A DNA stretch of 64,000 nucleotides from Candidatus Cloacimonadales bacterium. GTDB taxonomy: Bacteria > Cloacimonadota > Cloacimonadia > Cloacimonadales > JAFGVF01. Below the pieces are notes generated by a model, which did not search any database, had not been told where the DNA came from, and saw nothing but the letters and a program-made list of their open reading frames with translations. Of the stretch, positions 1-9,271 are shown one piece after another. A program made the position numbers and the translations under genes. Every line of letters starts with the position of its first letter. The first letter of the stretch is position 1. Location: NCBI GenBank assembly GCA_963677495.2, contig CAXXOU010000002.1, forward strand, positions 256,001-320,000, given 5' to 3'.

Positions 1-2
1 GC

Positions 3-86
3 AACGATGCGAAGAGTCCATTTGTTCAGGAAAGAAAACGAGGTTCAGGGAATGGTGGTCCGCAGGGTCCTCCACCACAGAATTAA
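3..86 (+). CDS. 3' end of an upstream gene, probably the MacA-like periplasmic adaptor of the ABC exporter (partial)
   Basis: Frame 3 reads NDAKSPFVQERKRGSGNGGPQGPPPQN* (TAA 84-86). An SPF...G/P-rich tail is typical of efflux adaptor C-termini, and it lies directly before the MacB-like ATPase. Confidence 0.5.
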   Translation, partial: NDAKSPFVQERKRGSGNGGPQGPPPQN

Positions 87-96
87 GGAGAGTAGC

Positions 97-858
97 ATGA
101 ATATCAAAGAAATAATAAGAATAGAGAATATGCATAAGCACTATACTTTAGGTGACGAAACTATCAAAGCTTTGAATGGAATAAGCCTGTCAGTGCCGGA
201 AGGTGATTTTGTTGCAATCATGGGTTCAAGTGGCTCAGGTAAATCAACAATGTTGAACATACTTGGATGCTTGGATTTACCAACAAGTGGAGAGTATTTT
301 CTCGATGGCATAAATGTGAAATCATTGAGAAAAAACCGTTTGGCTGAAATCAGAAATCTGAAACTGGGATTTGTTTTTCAATCATATAACCTGTTGCCTA
401 AAACATCAGCTATAGACAATGTACAACTACCATTACTTTATAATCCAAAGATAAGCAAAGTAGAGCGTAGAGAACGAGCAGAGCAAGCATTAATAGCTGT
501 AGGCTTGAAGGATAGGATGAAGCATCTGTCAAACCAAATGTCAGGCGGTCAACAACAAAGAGTAGCAATTGCCCGTTCTATTGTAAATAATCCGATTGTT
601 ATATTCGCAGATGAAGCAACCGGTAATTTAGATACAAAGACATCATACGAGATTATGGCTCTCTTTCAGGAACTGAATGAAAATGGTATGACTATCTGCT
701 TTGTTACACATGAACCGGATATTGCCTCTTTTACTAAGCGGAATGTTGTCTTTAGAGATGGTGTGATTATCGAGGACAATGTCAATTATGAAATGCGTAA
801 TGTGATGGATGTTCTCGCTGACTATAACAAAGTAACTAACGAATATCAGGTGGGATAA
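97..858 (+). CDS. ABC transporter ATP-binding protein (MacB/LolD family)
   Basis: Walker A GSSGSGKST, signature MSGGQQQRVAIAR, Walker B IFADE, H-loop VTHE. Start placed at ATG 97 after AAGGAG. Confidence 0.95.
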   Translation: MNIKEIIRIENMHKHYTLGDETIKALNGISLSVPEGDFVAIMGSSGSGKSTMLNILGCLDLPTSGEYFLDGINVKSLRKNRLAEIRNLKLGFVFQSYNLLPKTSAIDNVQLPLLYNPKISKVERRERAEQALIAVGLKDRMKHLSNQMSGGQQQRVAIARSIVNNPIVIFADEATGNLDTKTSYEIMALFQELNENGMTICFVTHEPDIASFTKRNVVFRDGVIIEDNVNYEMRNVMDVLADYNKVTNEYQVG

Positions 859-859
859 A

Positions 860-2080
860 ATGAAACTAACAAATATAATTATGATAGCGATTACAGCTAT
901 TAAACGGAACAAGACACGTTCCATCCTGACAATCTTAGGTATTGTAATTGGTGTTGCAGCTGTTATTGCAATGTTAGCAATAGGGTATGGCTCTAATCAA
1001 AACATCAAAGATACAATATCTTCCATGGGTACTAACCTAATAAATGTTATGCCTGCACATCAGGTTGTAGGTGGTGTGAAGCAAAGCAGAACCAGTTCAC
1101 CGACCTTAACTGAAGAGGATGTTGCATATCTTCAAGAACATAGTGAGTTGATTGATGCAGTATCTCCTGAACTTGATGGTCAGGGACAGATAGTGTATGG
1201 CTCGAACAATTGGCCTACTTCAATATATAGTGGTGATGAGGACTACTATTTTATAAAGAAGTTTACAGTTGAATCAGGGCGAATGTACACAGCAAAGGAG
1301 ATAAAGAGTGCTTCAAAAGTATGCCTTATTGGGCAGACAATAGTAGAGAATGTCTTTGCAGAGAATGAAGACCCTATAGGAAAAGTTATTCGCTTCAACA
1401 ATATCCCATTCAAGGTCATTGGTATATTAGCCGAAAAGGGTGACAACACTTTCGGGCAAGATCAAGATGATATGGTATTAGCTCCATACACTACAGTCAT
1501 GAAGCGATTATTCAGACAAACACATCTTAGAGCAATTGTGATTTCAGCAAAATCAGAAGATGCCATAGAGGAAACAAGTGCTGAGATTACAACTTTACTT
1601 AGAAAGTCACATAAACTTAAAAGTGATGAAGATGATGATTTTGAGATAAGAACTCAAGAAGAGCTGATCAGTAACTTCACCTCAATATCAGAGATGATGC
1701 TTGTGTTATTAGGTTCTATTGCTGCAATCTCATTGGTTGTTGGTGGCATAGGTATTATGAATGTGATGTATATGTCTGTTACTGAGAGAACACGTGAAAT
1801 CGGACTTAGAATGGCGATTGGTGGTAAAAGTAAGTTCATCTTGCAACAATTTCTTTGCGAAGCGATGCTCTTAAGTATATTGGGTGGAATTGTAGGTGTA
1901 CTCGTTGGAATAGTGGCCTCAAACATAGTGGAGAAAGTATTGGGATGGCCAATATTGATTACATCTAACTCAATAATCATTTCATTTCTCTTCTGCACTT
2001 TTATTGGAATATTCTTTGGTTGGTATCCTGCAAGAAAAGCATCTGCATTAAATCCTATTGACGCTTTAAGACATGAGTAG
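860..2080 (+). CDS. ABC transporter permease (MacB/FtsX family)
   Basis: RSILTILGIVIGVAAVIAM, GGIGIMNVMYMSVTERTREIGLRMAIG, PARKASALNPIDALRHE. Confidence 0.95.
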   Translation: MKLTNIIMIAITAIKRNKTRSILTILGIVIGVAAVIAMLAIGYGSNQNIKDTISSMGTNLINVMPAHQVVGGVKQSRTSSPTLTEEDVAYLQEHSELIDAVSPELDGQGQIVYGSNNWPTSIYSGDEDYYFIKKFTVESGRMYTAKEIKSASKVCLIGQTIVENVFAENEDPIGKVIRFNNIPFKVIGILAEKGDNTFGQDQDDMVLAPYTTVMKRLFRQTHLRAIVISAKSEDAIEETSAEITTLLRKSHKLKSDEDDDFEIRTQEELISNFTSISEMMLVLLGSIAAISLVVGGIGIMNVMYMSVTERTREIGLRMAIGGKSKFILQQFLCEAMLLSILGGIVGVLVGIVASNIVEKVLGWPILITSNSIIISFLFCTFIGIFFGWYPARKASALNPIDALRHE

Positions 2081-2099
2081 ATAGTTTAAACTTGAAGAG

Positions 2100-3185
2100 G
2101 TGATTATGATAAATAGAGAGAAAGTCTGGCGGGTATTACCCCATATAATCGGAGTATTGCTCATAGCGATTATGCCAATGTTTTTGTTCGATGAGTCCGA
2201 TGAGAGAATTAGAACCTGGACATACAGATATTATTATCAACTATTCTTTTTGATTATAGCATTTTATGGTAATTATCTGTTCATTGTACCCCAATTCTTT
2301 CTCAAGAACAAACGGATCAGATTCTTCCTAATCTTGATAATGTTTGCCGTCTCTTTGACATGGATCTCTCAATCAATATCGAAGAAACTCGATATTTATA
2401 AACCACCTCGCCGTGAGATGAACACAACCAATGAAGTTAATGAAATAACTGAAGAGAAACGTATCTTGGGTTTACATCCAAGAATTATGGACGATTTACT
2501 ATTCCTAGTCTTAGTTTTTGGTTTTAGTACCGGAATGAGCATTCTTCAAAAGCAGAGGAAAGATAAGGAAAAACAGCAGAAGCTTGAGAAGGCTAATGTT
2601 GAGAATGAGCTCGCTTTTTTAAAGAATCAAATTAATCCTCATTTCTTTTTTAACTCTCTCAACAATATCTATGCTTTAATAGATATAGATGGCACCAAAG
2701 CCCAGCAGGGTATTGAGAAACTTTCAGGGCTCATGCGTTATCTTATCTATGAGTCTAACAGCCCCTATGTGCCCGTCAGCAAGGAGTTTGAATTTACACG
2801 AAACTATATCGAGTTAATGCGTCAGAGATTGACTAAGAAGGTAAAGCTTGATGTTGATATTAGCGATGAAAACAGTGGTGCAAACATACCTCCCTTACTC
2901 TTCATATCCTTCATTGAAAATGCTTTTAAACACGGGATTAGTTATAGAAGTGATTCGTTCATTGAGATAAAACTACACACGACTGAGGATACTGTTCATT
3001 TCAGTTGTAAAAACAGTATCCCGGCAGCTCAAGATAAGCAAACCAATAATCAGGGTGGGGTAGGAATTACCAATATCAGGAAAAGGCTCAATATTCTTTA
3101 TGGTAATGAGGAGCGATTGATTATTAACGAGGACAAGAATGAATACTTTGTAACTATGAAGATACCCTATGAGGTGAAATCATGA
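2100..3185 (+). CDS. LytS/YehU-type membrane sensor histidine kinase
   Basis: N-terminal TM helices, ELAFLKNQINPHFFFNSLNNIY H-box, FIENAFKHG, GGVGITNIRKRL. Confidence 0.93.
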   Translation: MIMINREKVWRVLPHIIGVLLIAIMPMFLFDESDERIRTWTYRYYYQLFFLIIAFYGNYLFIVPQFFLKNKRIRFFLILIMFAVSLTWISQSISKKLDIYKPPRREMNTTNEVNEITEEKRILGLHPRIMDDLLFLVLVFGFSTGMSILQKQRKDKEKQQKLEKANVENELAFLKNQINPHFFFNSLNNIYALIDIDGTKAQQGIEKLSGLMRYLIYESNSPYVPVSKEFEFTRNYIELMRQRLTKKVKLDVDISDENSGANIPPLLFISFIENAFKHGISYRSDSFIEIKLHTTEDTVHFSCKNSIPAAQDKQTNNQGGVGITNIRKRLNILYGNEERLIINEDKNEYFVTMKIPYEVKS

Positions 3186-3915
3186 ATAAAATAACCTGTA
3201 TTGCCATTGATGATGAGCCGTTAGCTCTTGGATTGATAGCCGGACATATAAAGAAAACCCCCTTTCTTGAGCTGAAGGGTGAATTTGATAATCCTATTGA
3301 TGCAATGGAATTCTTAGAAGAAAATCCGGTACAACTTCTGTTTATGGATATTCAGATGCCGGATTTGACTGGGATTAAATTCGCTAAAGTACTTGATCGA
3401 AAGTACAAAGTTATCTTTACAACTGCTTATGAAAAGTATGCTCTGGATGGGTTCAAAGTCGAAGCTCTTGATTACCTCCTCAAGCCGATTAGCTATGAAG
3501 TTTTCTTGAAATCAGCCAATCGGGCAAAACGCTATTTCGATGAGCAAAGTGATAGTAATGAAAGTAACTCTGAAATACCCTTAAAACTTGATAAAGAATT
3601 CCTATTCGTTAAGTCTGACTTCCAAATCAGACGCTTTGAATACAAAGATATCCTCTATTTTGAGGGATTGAAGGACTATATTAAGCTCTATGTGAAATCC
3701 TCAAAGGAAGCAGTCGTTTTCCATGCAACTCTGAAGGCTGTTGAAGCCAAACTACCAACCGACAGATTCATGCGTACTCATAAATCTTATATTGTGAACC
3801 TCCAGAATGTAAGACTTATCGAAAAATATAGAATCATATTTGGCACTAAATATATCCGGTAAGCGATAAATATAAAGCGACTTTCGATAATTTTGTTAAG
3901 ACCCAATTCCTGTAA
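3182..3915 (+). CDS. LytTR-family response regulator with an apparent 1-nt frameshift near 3856 (the ORF as read stops at 3862)
   Basis: Receiver motifs IAIDDEP, MDIQMP, FTTAY, DYLLKP and LytTR motif FMRTHKSYIVN. Adding one C at 3856-3857 gives the usual end YIPVSDKYKATFDNFVKTQFL* (TAA 3913-3915). Confidence 0.88.
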
Positions 3916-3930
3916 CCTATTGTTTAGAAC

Positions 3931-4067
3931 CGGTTAAATCCATATTCTTTGGATTGCATTTACTATGTAAATGCAACAGCCACATGACGCTGAAAGCATT
4001 CACTCAACTAAAATGAGCCACTAAACTAGGCACCGCAAGGCAAACCGACATAGTCGGTTAACTCCAT
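3931..4067 (-). repeat. Dispersed copy of the ~125-bp RAYT-associated double-hairpin repeat
   Basis: Reverse complement reads ATGGAGTTAACCGACTATGTCGGTTTG...GTTGCATTTACATAGTAAATGCAATCCAAAGAATATGGATTTAACCG, matching the units at 8819-9195. Confidence 0.9.
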
Positions 4068-4072
4068 GAACA

Positions 4073-4099
4073 AAAGAGACACTAACCGTAGTCAGTGTC
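4073..4099 (-). terminator. Intrinsic terminator of the YdeI-family gene
   Basis: Minus strand GACACTGAC-TACG-GTTAGTGTC followed by TCTTTT, with a cUACGg tetraloop. Confidence 0.6.
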
Positions 4100-4116
4100 C
4101 TAATCTTGAATACAGA

Positions 4117-4692
4117 TTATCGAAAATTTTTGGGTAATACTTTCTCCTTCAAGTTTTCAACAATCTTCCGTATCCTCTTCGTTTTAGTTGCAGGGCGCTT
4201 AGCCATAGCTATCCAAGCCAACAGACCTCTCTTCAATGACTTTGATAGGGAATTATAATAGGTCTTTGAACCGGGGTGGGATTTAAAAGCTTGTTCGAGT
4301 TCATCCGGTATCTGCAATGCTTCTACTGAATCAAGTATTGTCCAGGAACCGTTCTCTTTAGCAAGCTCAATTACGTTTAATCCTGCATTTGTCATTAGAT
4401 TTGCTTTAACAAGTGTTTGGACCTTATTCTTATTCACTTTAGACCAAGTGCTGTTAGGCTTGCGTTTAGAATAATATTGCATATATCTGTCTTTATCTAT
4501 TGATTTCTTTGTACTATCAATCCAGCCAAAGCAAAGGGCTTCATCTACAGCATCACTCCAAGTGATTGTTGGGGTTGCTGAACTTTGCTTGTAAACTACA
4601 ATCCATATAGCATCTTTTGTCTGATGGTTTTGTTTTAACCATTCTCGCCATTCTTTCCGATTCTTAGGGCAGATCTTTTCCGTTGTTTTCAT
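4117..4692 (-). CDS. YdeI/OmpD-associated family protein
   Basis: EWREWLKQNH, AVDEALCFGWIDS, RKPNSTWSKVNK, AKRPATKTKRI. Confidence 0.9.
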   Translation of the reverse strand: MKTTEKICPKNRKEWREWLKQNHQTKDAIWIVVYKQSSATPTITWSDAVDEALCFGWIDSTKKSIDKDRYMQYYSKRKPNSTWSKVNKNKVQTLVKANLMTNAGLNVIELAKENGSWTILDSVEALQIPDELEQAFKSHPGSKTYYNSLSKSLKRGLLAWIAMAKRPATKTKRIRKIVENLKEKVLPKNFR

Positions 4693-4756
4693 GTTTTGAT
4701 ATTGATAGGCAGTTTGTATATGTCAACATAATAGTGCTCAATCCAGCTTCAATGAG

Positions 4757-4853
4757 ATATCTAACCACGGATGATCCACGGGTAAACCAGGCCTAAACGA
4801 CGGGAGCTGTGGTTAACCCGCGGTTTACCTGTGGTCAACCCGTGGTTAGATAT
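4757..4853. repeat. Palindromic element built of 11-bp units
   Basis: Perfect 14-bp terminal IR ATATCTAACCACGG / CCGTGGTTAGATAT enclosing four forward and four reverse degenerate 11-mers. Confidence 0.75.
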
Positions 4854-5019
4854 GCTTTTAGTATGCCAGTTGAAGGCAACGAATTTATATATATCTTGCA
4901 GAAAAGTTAATATATCTTTAATTATGTGCAGGATATTTTTACCGATGTTGTCATAGAATGAGTAAGAATAATCGGAGCCGATAAACAAACAACACACACT
5001 AACTATAAGCGAGAGAATT

Positions 5020-5856
5020 ATGTCAGATAATCTAACATTTAAACGTAAGGAACGTAAATACATAATCTTAGAAAATACTTTCGAACAGGTTGTGGATTCA
5101 ATTAAAGAGAAGCTTCCAATTCATATATTTGATGGGGTTAATCCTTATACAGAACTAGAGACTATTTATCTTGATACTAAAGAACTTATGCTATTTAAGG
5201 AGTACTTGAATGGGCGCAGCTTCAGATTCAAAATCAGACTCAGACGATATGGCCATGACGGTGTCTTTGATAATAAATATCTGGTAGAACTGAAAGTAAA
5301 GCATAATGGCATTTCAAGAAAAAAACGCTTTATATTACCGGCGGAATGCTTAGATGATTTCCTGAAAGGTGAGAAGATAAAACCTGCTATCAAAGAAGCA
5401 AACAAAGGCTTTGTGGGAGCACAAAAGACCTATAAGTTGATTGCAATACTTATTGAAATGAACCAGTTTGTACCTGTTATGAAAACAAGTTATGAGAGAA
5501 TTGCATTTCAAAAGAAATCTAAAAAGAACAGACTTACAATAGATCGGAATATTACTCATACGAGACTTATAGGTAAACCTTGCGAAGAGAAATTAGACAC
5601 TTATGTCTTAGAATCAAAGGTAATCGGTAAGACACCAAAATGGTATAAGAAGATGGTGAACAGACTATCTCTTCTAAAGCAAAACCGTTTCTCCAAGTTT
5701 GCGACCGGGATGAACTCACTTTATTTCCCTCAAAGAGGAAAGTATAATTTCTCAAATGACGACTTCGAGATAGATGAGATGCCGGAAGTGATAAAAGAAT
5801 CATTTGACCTTATGAAATCATATCTTAAACTTAGTGACGATATTGAAGTGAGGTAA
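5020..5856 (+). CDS. VTC-domain (polyphosphate polymerase-like, CYTH/TTM fold) protein
   Basis: RKERKY, TIYLDT, KIRLRRY, VELKVK, KKR, YERIAF, RLTIDRNI, VLESK and FSKF occur in the order expected for the VTC domain. Confidence 0.85.
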   Translation: MSDNLTFKRKERKYIILENTFEQVVDSIKEKLPIHIFDGVNPYTELETIYLDTKELMLFKEYLNGRSFRFKIRLRRYGHDGVFDNKYLVELKVKHNGISRKKRFILPAECLDDFLKGEKIKPAIKEANKGFVGAQKTYKLIAILIEMNQFVPVMKTSYERIAFQKKSKKNRLTIDRNITHTRLIGKPCEEKLDTYVLESKVIGKTPKWYKKMVNRLSLLKQNRFSKFATGMNSLYFPQRGKYNFSNDDFEIDEMPEVIKESFDLMKSYLKLSDDIEVR

Positions 5857-5861
5857 CAAAT

Positions 5862-6404
5862 ATGCAGGAACTATTTGAGGTAATTCAGAACAGTGCTAGC
5901 GGAGGAATAAGTCAATCCCCACTACAGATTCTTCTCAATCTTACAATGGCAATGATACTTGGTCTTATCTATGCTTATGTCTATCGACTGACCTATGTGT
6001 ATAGCGGAAGTTTTGCTAAAGAAAAAGATAAGAAAGTACTTAAGTTGGAGATGAAAAGTATACAATACACTCTTCTTCTTCTTTCAATTGGTGGTGCCTT
6101 TATCTGGATAGTTGTTGCAGATAACTTGGTGAGAGCTTTTGGTCTTGCCGGTGCACTCAGCTTGATTAGGTTCCGTACGGTTGTGAAAGATCCAATGAAT
6201 ACGATTAAAGTGTTCTATGCAATTATCATCGGTATGTCCTGTGGATTGAGCCAGTACTATACAGCAATTATTGGTACTGCTTTCATTTGTTTTGTCTTAA
6301 CTGTAATATATTTCATCAAAAACCGAGAGAAAGAACAAAAAGCACTAAAGAAAAGCCTTGAGACACAAGATGTTGAGGAAGTAGTTGATGAGAGTAAAGA
6401 ATAG
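5862..6404 (+). CDS. DUF4956-family membrane protein
   Basis: Several TM helices with NLVRAFGLAGALSLIRFRTVVKDP, the DUF4956 signature. This family is a usual neighbour of bacterial VTC genes. Confidence 0.82.
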   Translation: MQELFEVIQNSASGGISQSPLQILLNLTMAMILGLIYAYVYRLTYVYSGSFAKEKDKKVLKLEMKSIQYTLLLLSIGGAFIWIVVADNLVRAFGLAGALSLIRFRTVVKDPMNTIKVFYAIIIGMSCGLSQYYTAIIGTAFICFVLTVIYFIKNREKEQKALKKSLETQDVEEVVDESKE

Positions 6405-7706
6405 ACTATATCTGATAGTACTTATCCTCTACATAAGCTTTTCTTTAAGAGCACAGACACTTGATGATTTTATGTCTGAGATGCTCTTGAAGAATAGTGA
6501 TTACCAGGAAGCAGTATATAGATTACATCAGGAGAAAGCTTCGCATGATATTGATTCATCATCGGAGTTTGGGGAGCTGAGTCTTAGTTACAGTAAGAAT
6601 GATAACGAGATTGAGCGTAGTATTACTAAATCATCTGTCGAAGATACAGAGATTAATGAAGAGGATGAACGCTGAAGGTTGAGTATACTAAGCAATTCTT
6701 TCCTAAAGACTTTGATGCTACTGAAGATGCCATTAGTTATAAGATCAACAAATTCCGCTATCAACAGAGCTTGCTAAATGTCCGTTTGAAGAGTATGAAT
6801 GATATACTTGAGGATATGATCGAATGGTATGAGATAAGCGAGAAACTTACTTTATATAAAGAAGAGCTAGGCATGTTGCATGCCGAAAATGTTATCCTTG
6901 ATGAATATGAGAAGCAGAACATTGTAAGCCCCAATAAGCTACTAAAGAATCTGAAAGCGATAGATAAACTTGAAGATAGAGTATACTACTCACAGAGTGA
7001 AATTAAGAAGTACGAAGCGAATTATGGCGAAAGATTAGAAGAGTTTAGGCAAGTTTTTAATCAATACATGCTTACTCAACCGCAAGCCGATACTTTGAGT
7101 TTTACTAGTTACAGTATCGATTTACTTAATAGTGTTGAGAGGAAGATGGAGAGAATTAGTAACTCAATCAAGCTTCATACTCTTTTCGCATTCTTACCGG
7201 AAGTGAATCTGTCAGTCTCATATAATCAGCGAGATATTGATCAGGATTGGGTGACCACAGAAGATGGAGATGTTGATGAACTTACCCGTGTCCAATCAGA
7301 AGTCTATCCTGAAGCAGAACTGGAACTATCAATACCTTTGAATCTGTTTTCCAATATTCGAGGTAAGAATAGAATGCTGAAATCGTTTAAACAAGAATTG
7401 AGGTATCGAAAAAATGAGCTTCAACTTGATTTAAACGAGTTTGTTATAGAACTAAAAACTGCATTATTAAGTAACAGCACCTCAGTTACCCGTAAAGAGC
7501 GAATCCACGAACTTTCGCAAGAACAGCTAAATGGTGTTAGAGCTATGTTTAATGAGAACCCGGAACTTCTTGGTGCTGCTCCGGAAGATAGACTCCAGGA
7601 GGAGATTATTTCAGCTTCTAAAGCAGAAATCAATTATAATGTTAGTAGAATGAATCTCTTTAAGACAATATATATCATGAACCGATTTGATGAGGGGAGA
7701 GAATGA
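6388..7706 (+). CDS. Exported TolC-like outer-membrane efflux protein, split by a 1-nt frameshift at ~6674
   Basis: Signal peptide MRVKNRLYLIVLILYISFSLRA. Helical repeats with beta-like segments (ELSLSYS; LPEVNLSVSYN...LELSIPLNLF). ORFs 6385-6675 and 6771-7706 join if one G is restored (CGC TG[G] AAG GTT GAG). Directly upstream of an MFP gene. Confidence 0.6.
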
Positions 7707-8809
7707 AGAAGCAAAAGATAAAAGTTATATTTGTACTTACACTTTTGGTGATAACAGGAACAATTATTGTATCATATTTCATAGATTCCAATTCTCAGAA
7801 GCTACCGGCAGTTGTTAGAAGCAATAAAGTGTTTGTGAGTACAGAAGTTTCCGGCACGATTGCTAACTATTTTGTTGCCTCGATGCAGGAAGTTAAGAAA
7901 GGACAAGCAATTGCAAAGCTTGAGAATCCACGACTTACAGAAAAGCTCAAAGCTCTCAGAAGTGAGTATGATAATTATAATAAGCTTGTTAAGTCAGCAG
8001 AAGATGGAGATATTTTAAAACTTGAGCTTTTCAAGATAGAGAAGGATATTCTTGAAACTTTTGAAGATATTCAGAAAGCTGAGTATAAACTAAACAAGCT
8101 TTATCAAGAGCTTGATATTCAAACCCTTGATAACCAAAGTGCAATCAAAAAATACAATTCCATTAAGAAACTCTATGAAGAAGGTAAAATCTCCCAAACT
8201 GAATATGACCTGAAAGCTAAAGAGTATCTTTCCATTATAAACAAATACGCCAACTGGCAAGCTGAATCGTCAATGATAACAAAAGAGCTTGAAGCTAGTA
8301 AAACTGTTTTGAAGATGCAGAAAGCACAACGAGACATAATCAATTCAAATACGGCTATACTTGCTTCTAAGAACTTAATAGAGTTAGACAAGATTAGAGT
8401 GGACATTGCTGATCTAGAGCATGATATTGAGAATCTGACTATTCTATCACCCTTAGATGGAGTGGTAACAGGTTTACGCAATCGCCCGGGTGAACGAGTA
8501 AAGAATGGTGATGTAATTGCCGAAATCTCTGATATAAGCGATGTCTGGCTTACTGCTTATGGGAGTTCATACTCCAATCGTGAACTTAAAGAAGGCAACA
8601 AAGTTACCATCTACTCTAACAATAAAGAGAAGATTGCCGGTGTTGTATTCTCAATCTCACCTGTTATGGAGAAAGTGAAATCATTGAGTGCAACTTCTGA
8701 AACGGTTAATACTTATACTAAGATTAAGATTGGCTTTATTGACCACAATGAAGCTATGAAGCACTTGACTCCGGGAGAGAGGTTGTTTGTTAGGATAAGC
8801 TTGGATTAA
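7703..8809 (+). CDS. HlyD/EmrA-type membrane fusion (periplasmic adaptor) protein
   Basis: N-terminal TM anchor, lipoyl halves VSTEVSGTI...VKKGQAIAKLEN and TILSPLDGVV...PGERVKNGDVIAEI, with a long coiled-coil hairpin between them. Confidence 0.88.
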   Translation: MKKQKIKVIFVLTLLVITGTIIVSYFIDSNSQKLPAVVRSNKVFVSTEVSGTIANYFVASMQEVKKGQAIAKLENPRLTEKLKALRSEYDNYNKLVKSAEDGDILKLELFKIEKDILETFEDIQKAEYKLNKLYQELDIQTLDNQSAIKKYNSIKKLYEEGKISQTEYDLKAKEYLSIINKYANWQAESSMITKELEASKTVLKMQKAQRDIINSNTAILASKNLIELDKIRVDIADLEHDIENLTILSPLDGVVTGLRNRPGERVKNGDVIAEISDISDVWLTAYGSSYSNRELKEGNKVTIYSNNKEKIAGVVFSISPVMEKVKSLSATSETVNTYTKIKIGFIDHNEAMKHLTPGERLFVRISLD

Positions 8810-8810
8810 A

Positions 8811-9240
8811 TATGGATTTATGGAATTAACCGACTATGTCGGTTTGTCGTGTCACATTTCGTTGAGTAGCTGATAATAGTTTAGTTATGCTTTTTTAATG
8901 TCGCGTGGCAGTTGCATCTACACAGTATATGCAGTCCAAAGGAATATGGAATTAACCGACTATGTCGGTTTGTCGTGTCACATTTCGTTGAGTAGCTGAT
9001 AATAGTTTAGTTATGCTTTTTTAATGTCGCGTGGCAGTTGCATCTACACAGTATATGCAGTCCAAAGGAATATGGAATTAACCGACTGTGTCGGTTTGTC
9101 ATGTGGCACTTAGTTTAGTGGCTCATTTTTGTTTAGTTGATGCTCTCAAAGTCGCGTGGTAGTTGCATCTACACAGTAAATGCAGTCCAAAGGAATATGG
9201 AATTAACCGACTGTGTCGGTTTTTCATGTGGTACTTAGTT
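8811..9240 (+). repeat. Tandem array of REPIN/BIME-like units upstream of RAYT (units start 8819, 8945, 9071; partial 9196)
   Basis: Units are 126, 126 and 125 bp. Each starts TATGGAATTAACCGAC-NNN-GTCGGTT and ends GTTGCAT(C/T)TACA-AGTA-ATGCAGTCCAAAGGAA. Units 1 and 2 are identical. Confidence 0.95.
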
Positions 9241-9271
9241 AATTTGTAATAAGTTCAAGTAAGGATGTAAT

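Noticed and set aside
7..96. N-terminal extension of the ABC ATPase in the ORF track
   Set aside because: It overlaps the upstream gene's 3' end, and the RBS supports ATG 97.
4761..5063. 100-aa minus-strand ORF
   Set aside because: Overlaps the VTC start and runs through the palindromic 11-bp repeat.
6673..6675. Selenocysteine or TGA readthrough, or an alternative genetic code
   Set aside because: The downstream coding sequence is in a different frame, and TGA serves as a normal stop elsewhere (e.g. 3185, 7706, 37750).
8819..9240. CRISPR array
   Set aside because: The period is 125-126 bp, the variable parts are homologous or identical rather than unique spacers, no cas genes are present, and the adjacent gene is a RAYT.
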